From the IMG/VR virus record IMGVR_UViG_3300012039_000001: 64,000 nt of DNA, one strand, 5' to 3'. Shown here piece after piece: positions 1-7,935 of the stretch; the stretch's first letter is position 1; each line of letters opens with the position of its first letter. Source of the stretch: a virus. The notes beneath the pieces were generated by a model. The model was not told the origin of the DNA. It saw only the letters and a program-made list of their open reading frames with translations, and did no database searches. A program made the position numbers and the translations under genes.

Positions 1-479
1 AGTGTGGCTATGACAAATCAACCAGAGCCTTAGAATTCCACCACAGAGATAAAAAAGAAAAATTGTTTAATGTAAGCGGAAGCCATTGTATTAAGTGGGA
101 AAAAATAAAGGTAGAATTGGATAAATGTGATCTAGTTTGCTCTAACTGTCATAAAGAAATAGAAGAGCTTGAAGATCTAAATAATCCTTTATCAAAAACA
201 AAAATAATAGAAGCATATTTTCAGCCAAGAAAACCAAGACAAAAAATAGTATGTATAGTATGTCAAAAAGAAATAGTAATTACTCATAAGGGTCAAATAT
301 ATTGTTCAAATGAATGTTCTCATAAAAACAAAATAAAAATAACAGCAACAAAAGAAGAACTAGAAGAAATGAGAAAAACAAAGACTATCACAGAAATATC
401 AAAAATATTTGGAGTCTCCTTCAATGCTGTTAAAAGAAAATGTAAAAAATTAGGTATCGTCAAATCTAAAAATAAATAA
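1..479 (+). CDS. HNH endonuclease with C-terminal HTH (5' end cut by window edge)
   Basis: Reading from nt 3 gives CGYDKSTRALEFHHRDKKEK...CDLVCSNCHKEIE (HNH-type Cys/His motif). C-terminal ITEISKIFGVSFNAVKRKCKKLGI looks like an HTH. The ORF is open to the window edge. Confidence 0.7.
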   Translation, partial: CGYDKSTRALEFHHRDKKEKLFNVSGSHCIKWEKIKVELDKCDLVCSNCHKEIEELEDLNNPLSKTKIIEAYFQPRKPRQKIVCIVCQKEIVITHKGQIYCSNECSHKNKIKITATKEELEEMRKTKTITEISKIFGVSFNAVKRKCKKLGIVKSKNK

Positions 480-492
480 TAGGACACTAGGT

Positions 493-565
493 GGGCTTGT
501 AGCTTAATGGTTAAAGCAAGGAACTCATAATTCCGAGATTCTGTGTTCGAGTCACAGCAGGCCCA
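493..565 (+). tRNA. tRNA with CAT anticodon (elongator Met or Ile2-lysidine type)
   Basis: Hand-folded cloverleaf: acceptor GGGCTTG/CAGGCCC, D stem GCTT/AAGC, anticodon loop CTCATAA, T arm CTGTG-TTCGAGT-CACAG, discriminator A. Pair 1-72 is G-C, so it is not a bacterial initiator. Confidence 0.85.
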
Positions 566-596
566 CCCTCTGCCCTATTCCCAATCAGGAGACAAT

Positions 597-821
597 ATGA
601 CAAGAAGAGAAAAAATACTTGCTGCATTAGACATACAAGAAAGTATAGAAGGTGGATCAGATGACATTGATTTACTTAGAAAAGTTGTGAATATTATGAG
701 AACCGAAGATCAATTTTATAGTCTTGTAAAGACTGCTCCTTTCAGATATGGCGTACTAAGCTATGAAGTCTATAAATTCTATTATCCTTCACCAGAATTG
801 CTAAAGTTATTGGCTTTATAA
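597..821 (+). CDS. hypothetical protein
   Basis: ATG at 597 is preceded by AGGAG (587-591). The longer ORF-track start at 543 would overlap the tRNA, so I trimmed it. Confidence 0.55.
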   Translation: MTRREKILAALDIQESIEGGSDDIDLLRKVVNIMRTEDQFYSLVKTAPFRYGVLSYEVYKFYYPSPELLKLLAL

Positions 822-833
822 GAAAGGAACAAA

Positions 834-1274
834 ATGAACAGACAGCAGTTACTTGACAATGTTGTTTCAAGAATAGGAAATAAAGGAAGGTCTGGCCGTG
901 CATATGAATGTAATGGAAAACAAGGCTTTACTTGTATGTATGTTCCTAGTATGTCTAATATAAAAGGAGTTTCAAAGGACCATCCTGGTTGCGGAATTGG
1001 TTGCCAACCATGTTTTGACGATCCTAATCTGAAAAAGGTGCTTCATAGTTACGAAGGATTAAGAATACATACCATTGTGGAACAGGATAAGACAATAGCA
1101 AAAGCTTTGGAAGTAGATACTGAAGATGAAGTAGCGTTTCTATTGCATATGCAAACAAACTTACACGATGACGAAAATAGTTGGAATGAAGATGGAACGC
1201 TGAGGCAATTAGCAGTAAATGATTTTGCAGATGTTTACGGATTAATACCTCCTATTGTTCCTTCGATTGGATAA
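834..1274 (+). CDS. hypothetical protein, HPGC(G/A)IGCQP family, copy 1
   Basis: 146-aa ORF. It shares N-terminal 'QQLLDN..R.GNKGRS' and 'HPGCGIGCQPCFDDP' blocks with 2669..3070 and the HPGCAIGCQP core with 21855..22265. Confidence 0.7.
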   Translation: MNRQQLLDNVVSRIGNKGRSGRAYECNGKQGFTCMYVPSMSNIKGVSKDHPGCGIGCQPCFDDPNLKKVLHSYEGLRIHTIVEQDKTIAKALEVDTEDEVAFLLHMQTNLHDDENSWNEDGTLRQLAVNDFADVYGLIPPIVPSIG

Positions 1275-1276
1275 AA

Positions 1277-1495
1277 ATGGCCCAAGAAAAATATGTTGCA
1301 ACGATTCAAGTATTGGTGAACGCTGATTGTTTAGGTGGAGCAGCAGATGGATTTTCAGAACTCTTATCTCATAATGAGTTTGTAATGGATTGGGGTTATC
1401 TTAAAATTGGTGGGCAAATGCTCGTACCGCAAAAAGTTTTGGTTAAAGATGATTATCAAGAAGGTGATATGTTTCTAAATGGAATGTATATTTAA
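1277..1495 (+). CDS. hypothetical protein
   Basis: 72-aa ORF abutting both neighbours in the + strand array. No motif recognised. Confidence 0.5.
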   Translation: MAQEKYVATIQVLVNADCLGGAADGFSELLSHNEFVMDWGYLKIGGQMLVPQKVLVKDDYQEGDMFLNGMYI

Positions 1496-1708
1496 ATGAA
1501 AACAAATTTGAAACAGCTTGAACAAACATTTTTCCGCGAACTTTACCAGGGCGATCTATTTTGGTATTCAGGATTTCTGTTTATGAAAATGGAAGTTGGA
1601 AATAATGGAGTAGAAGTGATAGGAAAACGGGCAGGAAGATTAGTTAGTTTTGCTAGAGAATCAGCAGTACAAAGAGAAGAAAACCTTGGCATTACTTTTG
1701 TGAGCTAA
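1496..1708 (+). CDS. hypothetical protein
   Basis: 70-aa ORF starting directly after the previous stop. No motif recognised. Confidence 0.5.
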   Translation: MKTNLKQLEQTFFRELYQGDLFWYSGFLFMKMEVGNNGVEVIGKRAGRLVSFARESAVQREENLGITFVS

Positions 1709-1710
1709 AA

Positions 1711-1935
1711 ATGGATAAAATTCAAGTTCAAAAGAAGATAGAAAATTTTCTACTAGAGTACATTGAAGAGAAAGATAATCGACTTTTGGTTGGAGCTTTG
1801 ATAGATTGTGCTGGTGAGATTTTGGATCAAGAGGCAAAAGAGAATCGTGATATTTGGGATGCTGTTCCAACAGATGATTATATTCTAGTAAATAGCAAGA
1901 GAAGTTCAGATGCTCTAGCTTGGAGGAATAATTAA
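1711..1935 (+). CDS. hypothetical protein
   Basis: 74-aa acidic ORF, tightly packed. No motif recognised. Confidence 0.5.
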   Translation: MDKIQVQKKIENFLLEYIEEKDNRLLVGALIDCAGEILDQEAKENRDIWDAVPTDDYILVNSKRSSDALAWRNN

Positions 1936-1941
1936 ATAATT

Positions 1942-2127
1942 ATGGTAATTCATGTAGTTTGCCGAACCAATTTAGACGAGTATAGAAAAGAAAAATGGCC
2001 AGAAGTTTTATATTGTCGTCCAATGATCGGAGAAAAAGTAATAGCAGTATCAGGAAAAAGGTTAAAAATTGTAGGTATAACTCATGGTATTGACTACCTA
2101 GAAATAGAGTTGGGAAAAATTCTATGA
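1942..2127 (+). CDS. hypothetical protein
   Basis: 61-aa ORF whose stop overlaps the next start (ATGA). Confidence 0.45.
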   Translation: MVIHVVCRTNLDEYRKEKWPEVLYCRPMIGEKVIAVSGKRLKIVGITHGIDYLEIELGKIL

Positions 2128-2321
2128 TAAATCCTCAACTACAAAACTTCAATACGTGTCCAATGTGTAGCCAAGTTTGGCAAGTAGGAATAGATGAATT
2201 AGTTACAATGACAACTCTTGATGATGGTAAAATGAAATGCCCTAAATGTTTAAGGGTTTGGAGTCCTCCTAAAGGGTTTAATCATGACAACGTGGGAGCT
2301 AGTACAACAGATAAAAAGTAA
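2124..2321 (+). CDS. small zinc-ribbon protein
   Basis: Two CxxC pairs (CPMCSQVW ... CPKCLRVW), 65 aa. Confidence 0.5.
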   Translation: MINPQLQNFNTCPMCSQVWQVGIDELVTMTTLDDGKMKCPKCLRVWSPPKGFNHDNVGASTTDKK

Positions 2322-2520
2322 AAAGGCACTTCCTCATTCTACTGAAAGTCCAGGAGAAGAATGCAGCAACTCGGAGTTGAAGAGATGGTTCATAAAAGGC
2401 TCTATCGTAATTAATAATAAACGAGTAACAAAAGACGAAGAAATTGAGTTTCCAGCCGAGTTAGTTTTCCATCCAAATGGGAATAGTAAATGTACATCTG
2501 GTTGTTTTATAGAGGATTAA
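2284..2520 (+). CDS. hypothetical protein (weak S4-like RNA-binding resemblance)
   Basis: 78-aa ORF. 'ELKRWFIKGSIVINNKRVTKDEEI' resembles an S4-domain helix-hairpin. It overlaps the previous ORF by 38 nt. Confidence 0.4.
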   Translation: MTTWELVQQIKSKKALPHSTESPGEECSNSELKRWFIKGSIVINNKRVTKDEEIEFPAELVFHPNGNSKCTSGCFIED

Positions 2521-2667
2521 ATGTTAAAAGATAATATTATGTATTTTAGTGGACTTTTTTGTTGTTTCCTGGGAGGAACCTTGATCCCGAAAAACAATAT
2601 ACTGGGTCCAGGATTGTTTATTTTTGGTATTTCATTAATGATTTATTGTAATTTTAGGAAGAAATAA
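2521..2667 (+). CDS. small membrane protein (48 aa, below ORF-track cutoff)
   Basis: ATG 2521 directly follows the previous stop. Translation is MLKDNIMYFSGLFCCFLGGTLIPKNNILGPGLFIFGISLMIYCNFRKK with two hydrophobic segments. It fills an otherwise empty gap. Confidence 0.45.
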   Translation: MLKDNIMYFSGLFCCFLGGTLIPKNNILGPGLFIFGISLMIYCNFRKK

Positions 2668-2668
2668 T

Positions 2669-3070
2669 ATGGATAGACAAGCATTATTGGATAATTTCGT
2701 AAAACGAGTTGGTAATAAGGGAAGAAGTGAAGTAATAGACCAAGACACAAATGATTTGGCTTGTCAGTACGTTCCTAATAATGGTCATCCCGGATGTGCT
2801 ATAGGTTGCCAACCTTGTTTTGATGATCCTCGTCTTAGGGAAATCCTAAAAGGCTACGAAGGCAGATTGATATATTATGTTCTCGAAAAACAATCAGAAA
2901 TAAAAGATGCTCTAGCAGTGCAAACTCAAGAGGAAGAGGATTTTTTGTGTTTCCTACAAAGTCTTAATGATAACATAGCAAACTGGGAAGGAAAACAACT
3001 AAAGCAGACTAGTGTAGATAGGTTTGCCAGAAGGCATGATCTGGTTTCTCCTAGAGTTCCCACTGTTTAA
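2669..3070 (+). CDS. hypothetical protein, HPGCAIGCQP family, copy 2
   Basis: Clear paralog of 834..1274 (MDRQALLDNFVKRVGNKGRS..., HPGCAIGCQPCFDDPRL, ...NWEG). Confidence 0.7.
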   Translation: MDRQALLDNFVKRVGNKGRSEVIDQDTNDLACQYVPNNGHPGCAIGCQPCFDDPRLREILKGYEGRLIYYVLEKQSEIKDALAVQTQEEEDFLCFLQSLNDNIANWEGKQLKQTSVDRFARRHDLVSPRVPTV

Positions 3071-3081
3071 GGAAAATTAGT

Positions 3082-3456
3082 ATGAGTTTGGCAAATGCAT
3101 GTGCTGAAATATATTGCCAATATTATCACCAAATAAGAAGAGAAACATGGGGACATTTAGCTCCTAAGCCAAATAAGAAATATAAACTAGAAATAGTAAT
3201 AGCTTGCTCTGAGTATTCTAGCGGGGAAGTTGTTGTTGTGAAAACAGAAGGAGACGTTCCAGACTCTCCTTGGTTCTTTGAAGATATGAATATTTGGATG
3301 CGTGATATAAGCAAAGAGCACTATGATAAAGAAGAAGGTGTTTTTATCTCTCCAAAGATAAAAGAAGGAACAGTTCATAGATTCATAGGGACTTATGTAA
3401 AATATAAAAACGGGAATTATAAGTTCTTAGGACAACTAACTGAAATAAAAATATAA
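3082..3456 (+). CDS. hypothetical protein
   Basis: 124-aa ORF whose stop overlaps the next ATG. The antisense ORFs 3126..3314 and 3187..3378 look spurious. Confidence 0.55.
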   Translation: MSLANACAEIYCQYYHQIRRETWGHLAPKPNKKYKLEIVIACSEYSSGEVVVVKTEGDVPDSPWFFEDMNIWMRDISKEHYDKEEGVFISPKIKEGTVHRFIGTYVKYKNGNYKFLGQLTEIKI

Positions 3457-3980
3457 TGAGAAACCCGAACGAGAACATCGTAGCAATAGACTTGGAGGTT
3501 AGTAATAATGAAATACTAGAAATAGGATTGGGCGTTGTTGATTTGAGAATGGATCAACTAAGTATTGAAAATTTCCAATCATGGATAATTAAAACAAATC
3601 AACCAGTAGAAGACAAAGTAGAAAAATTAACTGGCATTACTTCTGAAATGGCTAAAAAAGGAAGTATCTTTGAAGAAGTAATCAACAGCATAAGTAAAAG
3701 ATATAGCAAAAAGTTAGTCTGGACTGGTTGGGGAAACGATAGAGACATTTTCTTAGAACAATGTGAAGCAGCTAAAATAAATTCTCCTTTTGGTAAAGAC
3801 TATATTAACTGGGGATATATGTTTCATTGGAGGAACTATCCTCTAATAGAAAGAAAAATTATCTCTCTAGAGAAAGCATTGAATATTTATGGAATGAATT
3901 TCATAGGACAAAAGCATAGAGCAAAAGACGATGCCTTCAATCTAGGAAGATTGGTTTTGAAAATGATTAAAGTGAGCTAA
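3456..3980 (+). CDS. DEDDh-type 3'-5' exonuclease (DnaQ-like)
   Basis: Exo I 'VAIDLEVS' near the N-terminus and Exo III 'HRAKDDAFNLGRL' near the C-terminus. 174 aa. Confidence 0.75.
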   Translation: MRNPNENIVAIDLEVSNNEILEIGLGVVDLRMDQLSIENFQSWIIKTNQPVEDKVEKLTGITSEMAKKGSIFEEVINSISKRYSKKLVWTGWGNDRDIFLEQCEAAKINSPFGKDYINWGYMFHWRNYPLIERKIISLEKALNIYGMNFIGQKHRAKDDAFNLGRLVLKMIKVS

Positions 3981-3995
3981 TAGCTCACGAAGTGC

Positions 3996-4069
3996 GCCCT
4001 CGTAGCTCAATGGATTAGAGCGATCGGTTTCTACCCGATAGGTTGGGGGTTCGAGTCCCTCCGGGGGTA
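3996..4069 (+). tRNA. tRNA-Arg (TCT)
   Basis: Acceptor GCCCTCG/CGGGGGT (two G-U pairs), D arm GCTC-AATGGATTA-GAGC, anticodon stem ATCGG/CCGAT with loop TTTCTAC, T arm GGGGG-TTCGAGT-CCCTC. Confidence 0.9.
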
Positions 4070-4086
4070 TTTATTTGGAGAAAAAT

Positions 4087-4266
4087 ATGACATACAGAAA
4101 AATGCTAGAAGAAATGAAGAAACTCACAGACGAACAATTGGATTGTGATGTTACAATAGAATTAGAACATGCTGATGAATGTATAGCTGCTGAATTTCGT
4201 ATTTGCAATGAAAACCACTTCGCATTAGATGATAGTCATCCAGTAATTTTTACTAATCTTGCGTGA
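4087..4266 (+). CDS. hypothetical protein
   Basis: ATG 4087 with GGAG at 4077-4080. The TTG start at 4075 in the ORF track is less likely. Confidence 0.5.
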   Translation: MTYRKMLEEMKKLTDEQLDCDVTIELEHADECIAAEFRICNENHFALDDSHPVIFTNLA

Positions 4267-4274
4267 GATAAAAT

Positions 4275-5078
4275 ATGCAACTAAACATTGAAAAAATTAA
4301 AGACAAAATCCGTAAATTACTAGCTATCGCAGAGGACGATAAGGTAATTGATGGAGAGATAAATGCTGCTATGAAATTAGCCGAAAAGGCTATGAACGAA
4401 TATCATTTATCAGTTGCAGATATAGAAGCACAAGAGGTAAATTCAAACAATAACACAGTGTCTTATGGTAGTGTTTCATCCCCTGGACAATACAATGAAA
4501 AGATTACGGCCTGGGAACAAACACTAGCAATGGCTATTCAAAAGCTTATAGGCACAATAGGATGTTATACGGGCAGGGTAGAAGTAAAGTCGGCATTTGG
4601 AAATAAATCAAATAGAGGAATTATTTTTTACGGAAACTCAGAAGAGGCACAGTTAGGAAATGAGTTGTTTGTTGAATGGTCCCATGTAATTGCAACTATA
4701 GCTCAAGGCAAATACAGTAGCACATTTTCTGGAAAAGGAAGAAGCTATGCGGAAGGCTTCTCTATGGCACTTTATGAAAAATCTATTGCAATAGAAAAAC
4801 AAAGACAAACAATAGTAACGCCATCAACAACAGCTATTGTAAAAGTTGGGGGAGGAACTTTATCTCAGGTATTGGAAAAGAAAAGAAGTGAAGCCGAAAA
4901 TTGGCTTAAAACTACAACAGGAATAAAGCTTAGGCAAAAGAAGGGTCAACAAAGATACAATGACATAGACGCTTATTCAGATGGAAAAAATGATGGACAA
5001 AAGGCGGATTTTAATGCCTCGAAAAAGCCCAAGCTAGGAGCACAAAATGTATTTGGTAATACAAACTTGGCCGGATAA
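4275..5078 (+). CDS. DUF2786-like protein
   Basis: N-terminal 'KIKDKIRKLLAIAEDD...EINAAMKLAEKAMNEYHL' matches the DUF2786 helical-hairpin pattern from memory. 267 aa. Confidence 0.55.
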   Translation: MQLNIEKIKDKIRKLLAIAEDDKVIDGEINAAMKLAEKAMNEYHLSVADIEAQEVNSNNNTVSYGSVSSPGQYNEKITAWEQTLAMAIQKLIGTIGCYTGRVEVKSAFGNKSNRGIIFYGNSEEAQLGNELFVEWSHVIATIAQGKYSSTFSGKGRSYAEGFSMALYEKSIAIEKQRQTIVTPSTTAIVKVGGGTLSQVLEKKRSEAENWLKTTTGIKLRQKKGQQRYNDIDAYSDGKNDGQKADFNASKKPKLGAQNVFGNTNLAG

Positions 5079-5259
5079 TGAGTGCGGACATAGCATCATA
5101 TCTTTTTCTTCTTACGAAGAAGCTAGGTCTTTTTATGATCTTGAATTAGAAAAAAAGAATATGCCAAGAGAAAGTTTTAAAAAACAATTCGGAGTGTTTG
5201 CGGATCAATCCACAGATATTTGTTTGTGCGAAGTCTTAAGGGGAGAGGGAGTGTTTTAA
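5047..5259 (+). CDS. hypothetical protein
   Basis: 70-aa ORF. Its stop overlaps the next start (TAATG). Confidence 0.45.
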   Translation: MYLVIQTWPDNECGHSIISFSSYEEARSFYDLELEKKNMPRESFKKQFGVFADQSTDICLCEVLRGEGVF

Positions 5260-5744
5260 TGAAAAGAAAAGCAGTTTACGCTGGTAGTTTTGACCCACCG
5301 CACCTGGGCCATGAATGGATGATCCAAAGAGGTTCTGAGATATTCGATGAGTTGGTGATTCTAGTAGCAAAAAACCCAGAAAAAACAGAGTCGTTGCCTT
5401 TAAGTGTTAGGATAGAATTATTAGGAGATATAGCAGATCATCTTGAAAACGTGTTTGTAGCTTGTCTGCCTGTACATGAGTTTACAGTTAATTATGCATT
5501 TGAGAAGGGTTATAACTTCCTTCTAAGGGGAATAAGAGGAAGCAATGATTTCGAGTACGAAAGACAATTGATGATAGTAAACTCAGAGATAAATGATAGG
5601 GTGACTACAATCTTCCTTGTCCCGCCAAATGATTTAACAATTATTAGCTCTAGTCTTATTAAAGGGTTAATGAAAAATGGTACAGGAAGAAGTATCGTGG
5701 CTAAGATGGTAAATCCAAAAGTCTTAGGAGAAATGTATGAGTAA
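5259..5744 (+). CDS. coaD: phosphopantetheine adenylyltransferase-family nucleotidyltransferase (CoaD-like)
   Basis: Collinear with bacterial CoaD: 'AVYAGSFDPPHLGH' (HxGH motif), 'FDELVILVAKNPEK', 'LLRGIRGSNDFEYE', 'ISSSLIKG'. ATG 5259 chosen (MKRKAVY). Confidence 0.85.
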   Translation: MKRKAVYAGSFDPPHLGHEWMIQRGSEIFDELVILVAKNPEKTESLPLSVRIELLGDIADHLENVFVACLPVHEFTVNYAFEKGYNFLLRGIRGSNDFEYERQLMIVNSEINDRVTTIFLVPPNDLTIISSSLIKGLMKNGTGRSIVAKMVNPKVLGEMYE

Positions 5745-6348
5745 TTTAATGAAGAATTTAGAAGTCACCTATAGTTTTCTTAACAGATATAAAGAGTCTC
5801 ATAGAAAATATCATAATCTAGCTCATATCGAAGATTGTTTATGGAAGTTTGACTTAATCAGACATCTTTTACATAAACCAGACCTAGTGGAAATCGCTCT
5901 TATTGCACACGATTTAGTTTACGATCCTAGATCTAAATTAAATGAAAAGCAAAGCGCAACTTTAATAACAGACCATATGAGGTCTAGGAGAGATATTTGG
6001 ACCCAGACAGATATATTCTTTGTCGACCAATTAATTATGGCGACACAACATAATTGGCCTTACCCTCTAGGTCATGACGTTGCTTACATGGTTGATATTG
6101 ACTTGTCTAGTTTGGGAAGTAGCCGGGCAGAATTCTTCGAAGGTGGAAGGAATATTAGAGACGAGTATCATTTTGTACCAATCTACGAGTTCTGTCAAGC
6201 AAGGGCGAAATTTTTAAAGGATCTATTAACTAGGCCAAGTATTTTTCAAACAACAGTATTCAATAGATTATTTGAACTCAAGGCTAGAGAAAATATTAAA
6301 GAAGCTATTGGGTATCTGGAAAAGGGAGAAGATAAGCATTATGTCTAA
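5737..6348 (+). CDS. HD-superfamily metal-dependent phosphohydrolase (COG4339-like)
   Basis: 'YHNLAHIEDCL' and 'ALIAHDLVYD' give an H...HD pattern. 203 aa, overlapping the CoaD-like gene. Confidence 0.6.
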   Translation: MSNLMKNLEVTYSFLNRYKESHRKYHNLAHIEDCLWKFDLIRHLLHKPDLVEIALIAHDLVYDPRSKLNEKQSATLITDHMRSRRDIWTQTDIFFVDQLIMATQHNWPYPLGHDVAYMVDIDLSSLGSSRAEFFEGGRNIRDEYHFVPIYEFCQARAKFLKDLLTRPSIFQTTVFNRLFELKARENIKEAIGYLEKGEDKHYV

Positions 6349-6667
6349 TTTCAAAATCAGTATTGAATTGGAAGTGGACGATAGAATTGATGTTGTGTGT
6401 GGACTGGCGGAATTGATAGAGAAAATACCAAGATTTTTAAAGGGTGGTAGATATTTCGGCCAGAAGACGGCGTTTCAATCAGATATTTCTCCTTTTGCTA
6501 AAGGAAGTTTCATTATAAATGATAATTATACAGCAATTGAAGAAATAAAAGGAAGACTTCCGAGGGAATTATGTGAATGCGATATAATTGGAGAAAAACA
6601 TTGCCCCATGCACTGTATGCCTTGTGAGTGTACAGGAAATGGCGTTGTTTGTTGGCAGTGTAGATAA
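6341..6667 (+). CDS. hypothetical Cys-rich protein
   Basis: ATG 6341 overlaps the previous stop (ATGTCTAA). C-terminus is 'CECD..HCPMHCMPCECTGNGVVCWQC'. Confidence 0.5.
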   Translation: MSNFKISIELEVDDRIDVVCGLAELIEKIPRFLKGGRYFGQKTAFQSDISPFAKGSFIINDNYTAIEEIKGRLPRELCECDIIGEKHCPMHCMPCECTGNGVVCWQCR

Positions 6668-6710
6668 TTGGAGTATGGGTTGGTTGCAGTAGTTTTTTAA
6701 AGGAGAGGTT

Positions 6711-7379
6711 ATGAAGAAGTTTTTGTTTGGGTTGATGTTTGCTTGTATGTGTAGTTTAGCTTCGGCTAACGTAGTTGTGAGGGTTGACAATGGGATCGGA
6801 GATGGGCCAGGTGGTGAGTTTAATCTTACCCCAATTTCTGGTTGGGATTTTGCCCCATCTTCATTAACGCATGATGGTTATTTTGAATCTTTCTGTCTAG
6901 AGAGAGACGAACGAACCTTCTTTGATCGTGAATTCTATGGAGAATTCAATACGGGAGCAACTCTTGGAGGTGGTGGAGCCATTGATGGTTTCGATCCTCT
7001 AAGTAATCAAACGGCCTACCTATATCGTCAATTTATCGACGGTAATCTTTCAGATTACGACTATGCTCTAGGAAGTGGTAGGGTTGATTCGGCAAATGCT
7101 CTTCAAGATGTCATTTGGTTTATTGAGGAAGAGCAGGATAAGAATTGGACGGACGGAAACGGTTCTCTTCAAGATCTATTTTATCAAGATGCTCTTGCTA
7201 ACGCGGGTAATGATCTAGCTGGGGTACACGTTATTAACATGTACACTGGCTACGGAAAGGATTTCCGACATCGACAAGATATGTTAGTGGCAACAGCACA
7301 AGTTCCGCTTCCGGGAGCCGCTTTGCTTGGATTGATTGGTTTCGGAAGTGTTCGTTTCTTCCGACGTAAATTGTCTTAA
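6711..7379 (+). CDS. secreted protein with PEP-CTERM / VPLPA-CTERM-type sorting signal
   Basis: Signal peptide MKKFLFGLMFACMCSLASA. C-terminus 'VPLPGAALLGLIGFGSVRFFRRKLS' is motif, TM helix and basic tail. The gene is visibly more GC-rich than its neighbours. Confidence 0.75.
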   Translation: MKKFLFGLMFACMCSLASANVVVRVDNGIGDGPGGEFNLTPISGWDFAPSSLTHDGYFESFCLERDERTFFDREFYGEFNTGATLGGGGAIDGFDPLSNQTAYLYRQFIDGNLSDYDYALGSGRVDSANALQDVIWFIEEEQDKNWTDGNGSLQDLFYQDALANAGNDLAGVHVINMYTGYGKDFRHRQDMLVATAQVPLPGAALLGLIGFGSVRFFRRKLS

Positions 7380-7399
7380 TCTTTCGGGTTTGATTAGGT

Positions 7400-7473
7400 A
7401 TAGACGTAGTTTAAAGTTGGAAGAATACTTCATTGTCCTTGAAGCGATGCACGTTCGAATCGTGCCGTCTATA
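7400..7473 (+). tRNA. tRNA-Asp (GTC), atypical C at position 37
   Basis: Acceptor ATAGACG/CGTCTAT, D stem GTTT/GAAT, anticodon stem CTTCA/TGAAG with loop TTGTCCT, T arm GCACG-TTCGAAT-CGTGC, discriminator A. Confidence 0.75.
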
Positions 7474-7475
7474 TG

Positions 7476-7548
7476 GCGGGTGTAGCTCAACTGGTAGAGC
7501 ACTAGTTTTCCAAACTAGAGGTAGCAGGTTCAAGCCCTGTCACCCGCA
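7476..7548 (+). tRNA. tRNA-Gly (TCC)
   Basis: Acceptor GCGGGTG/CACCCGC, D arm GCTC-AACTGGTA-GAGC, anticodon stem CTAGT/ACTAG with loop TTTCCAA, T arm GCAGG-TTCAAGC-CCTGT. Confidence 0.9.
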
Positions 7549-7565
7549 ATATTGAAAGGAGTTGT

Positions 7566-7739
7566 ATGGCAACAATTTTTTGTATTATTTGGTTCAGTAT
7601 TTTTTCTGTAAGACTTTTAGGTTTTATGTTTCTAACGGAGGCAAAGGCAAGAGATTTTATTCGTCATCCAAGATTAGAATTTATTTTATGGACTGTGTGT
7701 CTATCGTGGTTAATTAATACATTGATTAATATAGGATAA
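7566..7739 (+). CDS. small membrane protein (57 aa, below ORF-track cutoff)
   Basis: ATG 7566 follows AAGGAG. Translation MATIFCIIWFSIFSVRLLGFMF...LWTVCLSWLINTLINIG has two hydrophobic helices. Confidence 0.45.
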   Translation: MATIFCIIWFSIFSVRLLGFMFLTEAKARDFIRHPRLEFILWTVCLSWLINTLINIG

Positions 7740-7743
7740 TAAA

Positions 7744-7920
7744 ATGTATAAAGTTTATTCAGGTGCTCTTCTCGTAATCTCTTCGTTACTTTTCTTTCTC
7801 AGTGGTTTTGTAGCACACATACGAGAAGGTAAATGCATTCCAATGTCCGTGGCGTTGTCAATACTTGGAGTTTTTGCGCTAATTGGTTCTATAGAGTTAT
7901 TTCATAAAAGCAGCGACTAA
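7744..7920 (+). CDS. small membrane protein (58 aa, below ORF-track cutoff)
   Basis: Translation MYKVYSGALLVISSLLFFLSGFVAHIREGKCIPMSVALSILGVFALIGSIELFHKSSD has two hydrophobic helices and fills the gap. Confidence 0.45.
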   Translation: MYKVYSGALLVISSLLFFLSGFVAHIREGKCIPMSVALSILGVFALIGSIELFHKSSD

Positions 7921-7935
7921 ACATGGAGCAATCAA

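Noticed and set aside
543-596. N-terminal extension of ORF 543..821 given in the ORF track
   Set aside because: It overlaps the 3' part of tRNA 493..565 (T arm and acceptor). An ATG at 597 with an AGGAG RBS is a better start.
3972-3988. Hairpin GTGAGCT-AAT-AGCTCAC overlapping the exonuclease stop codon, as a possible terminator
   Set aside because: It has a 7-bp stem, no following T-run, and is followed directly by a tRNA gene. It may be a processing signal, but a terminator call is not supportable.
7284-7502. 72-aa minus-strand ORF
   Set aside because: It spans the end of the PEP-CTERM gene and tRNA-Asp, and reaches into the 5' part of tRNA-Gly. It is an artefact of tRNA sequence lacking stops.
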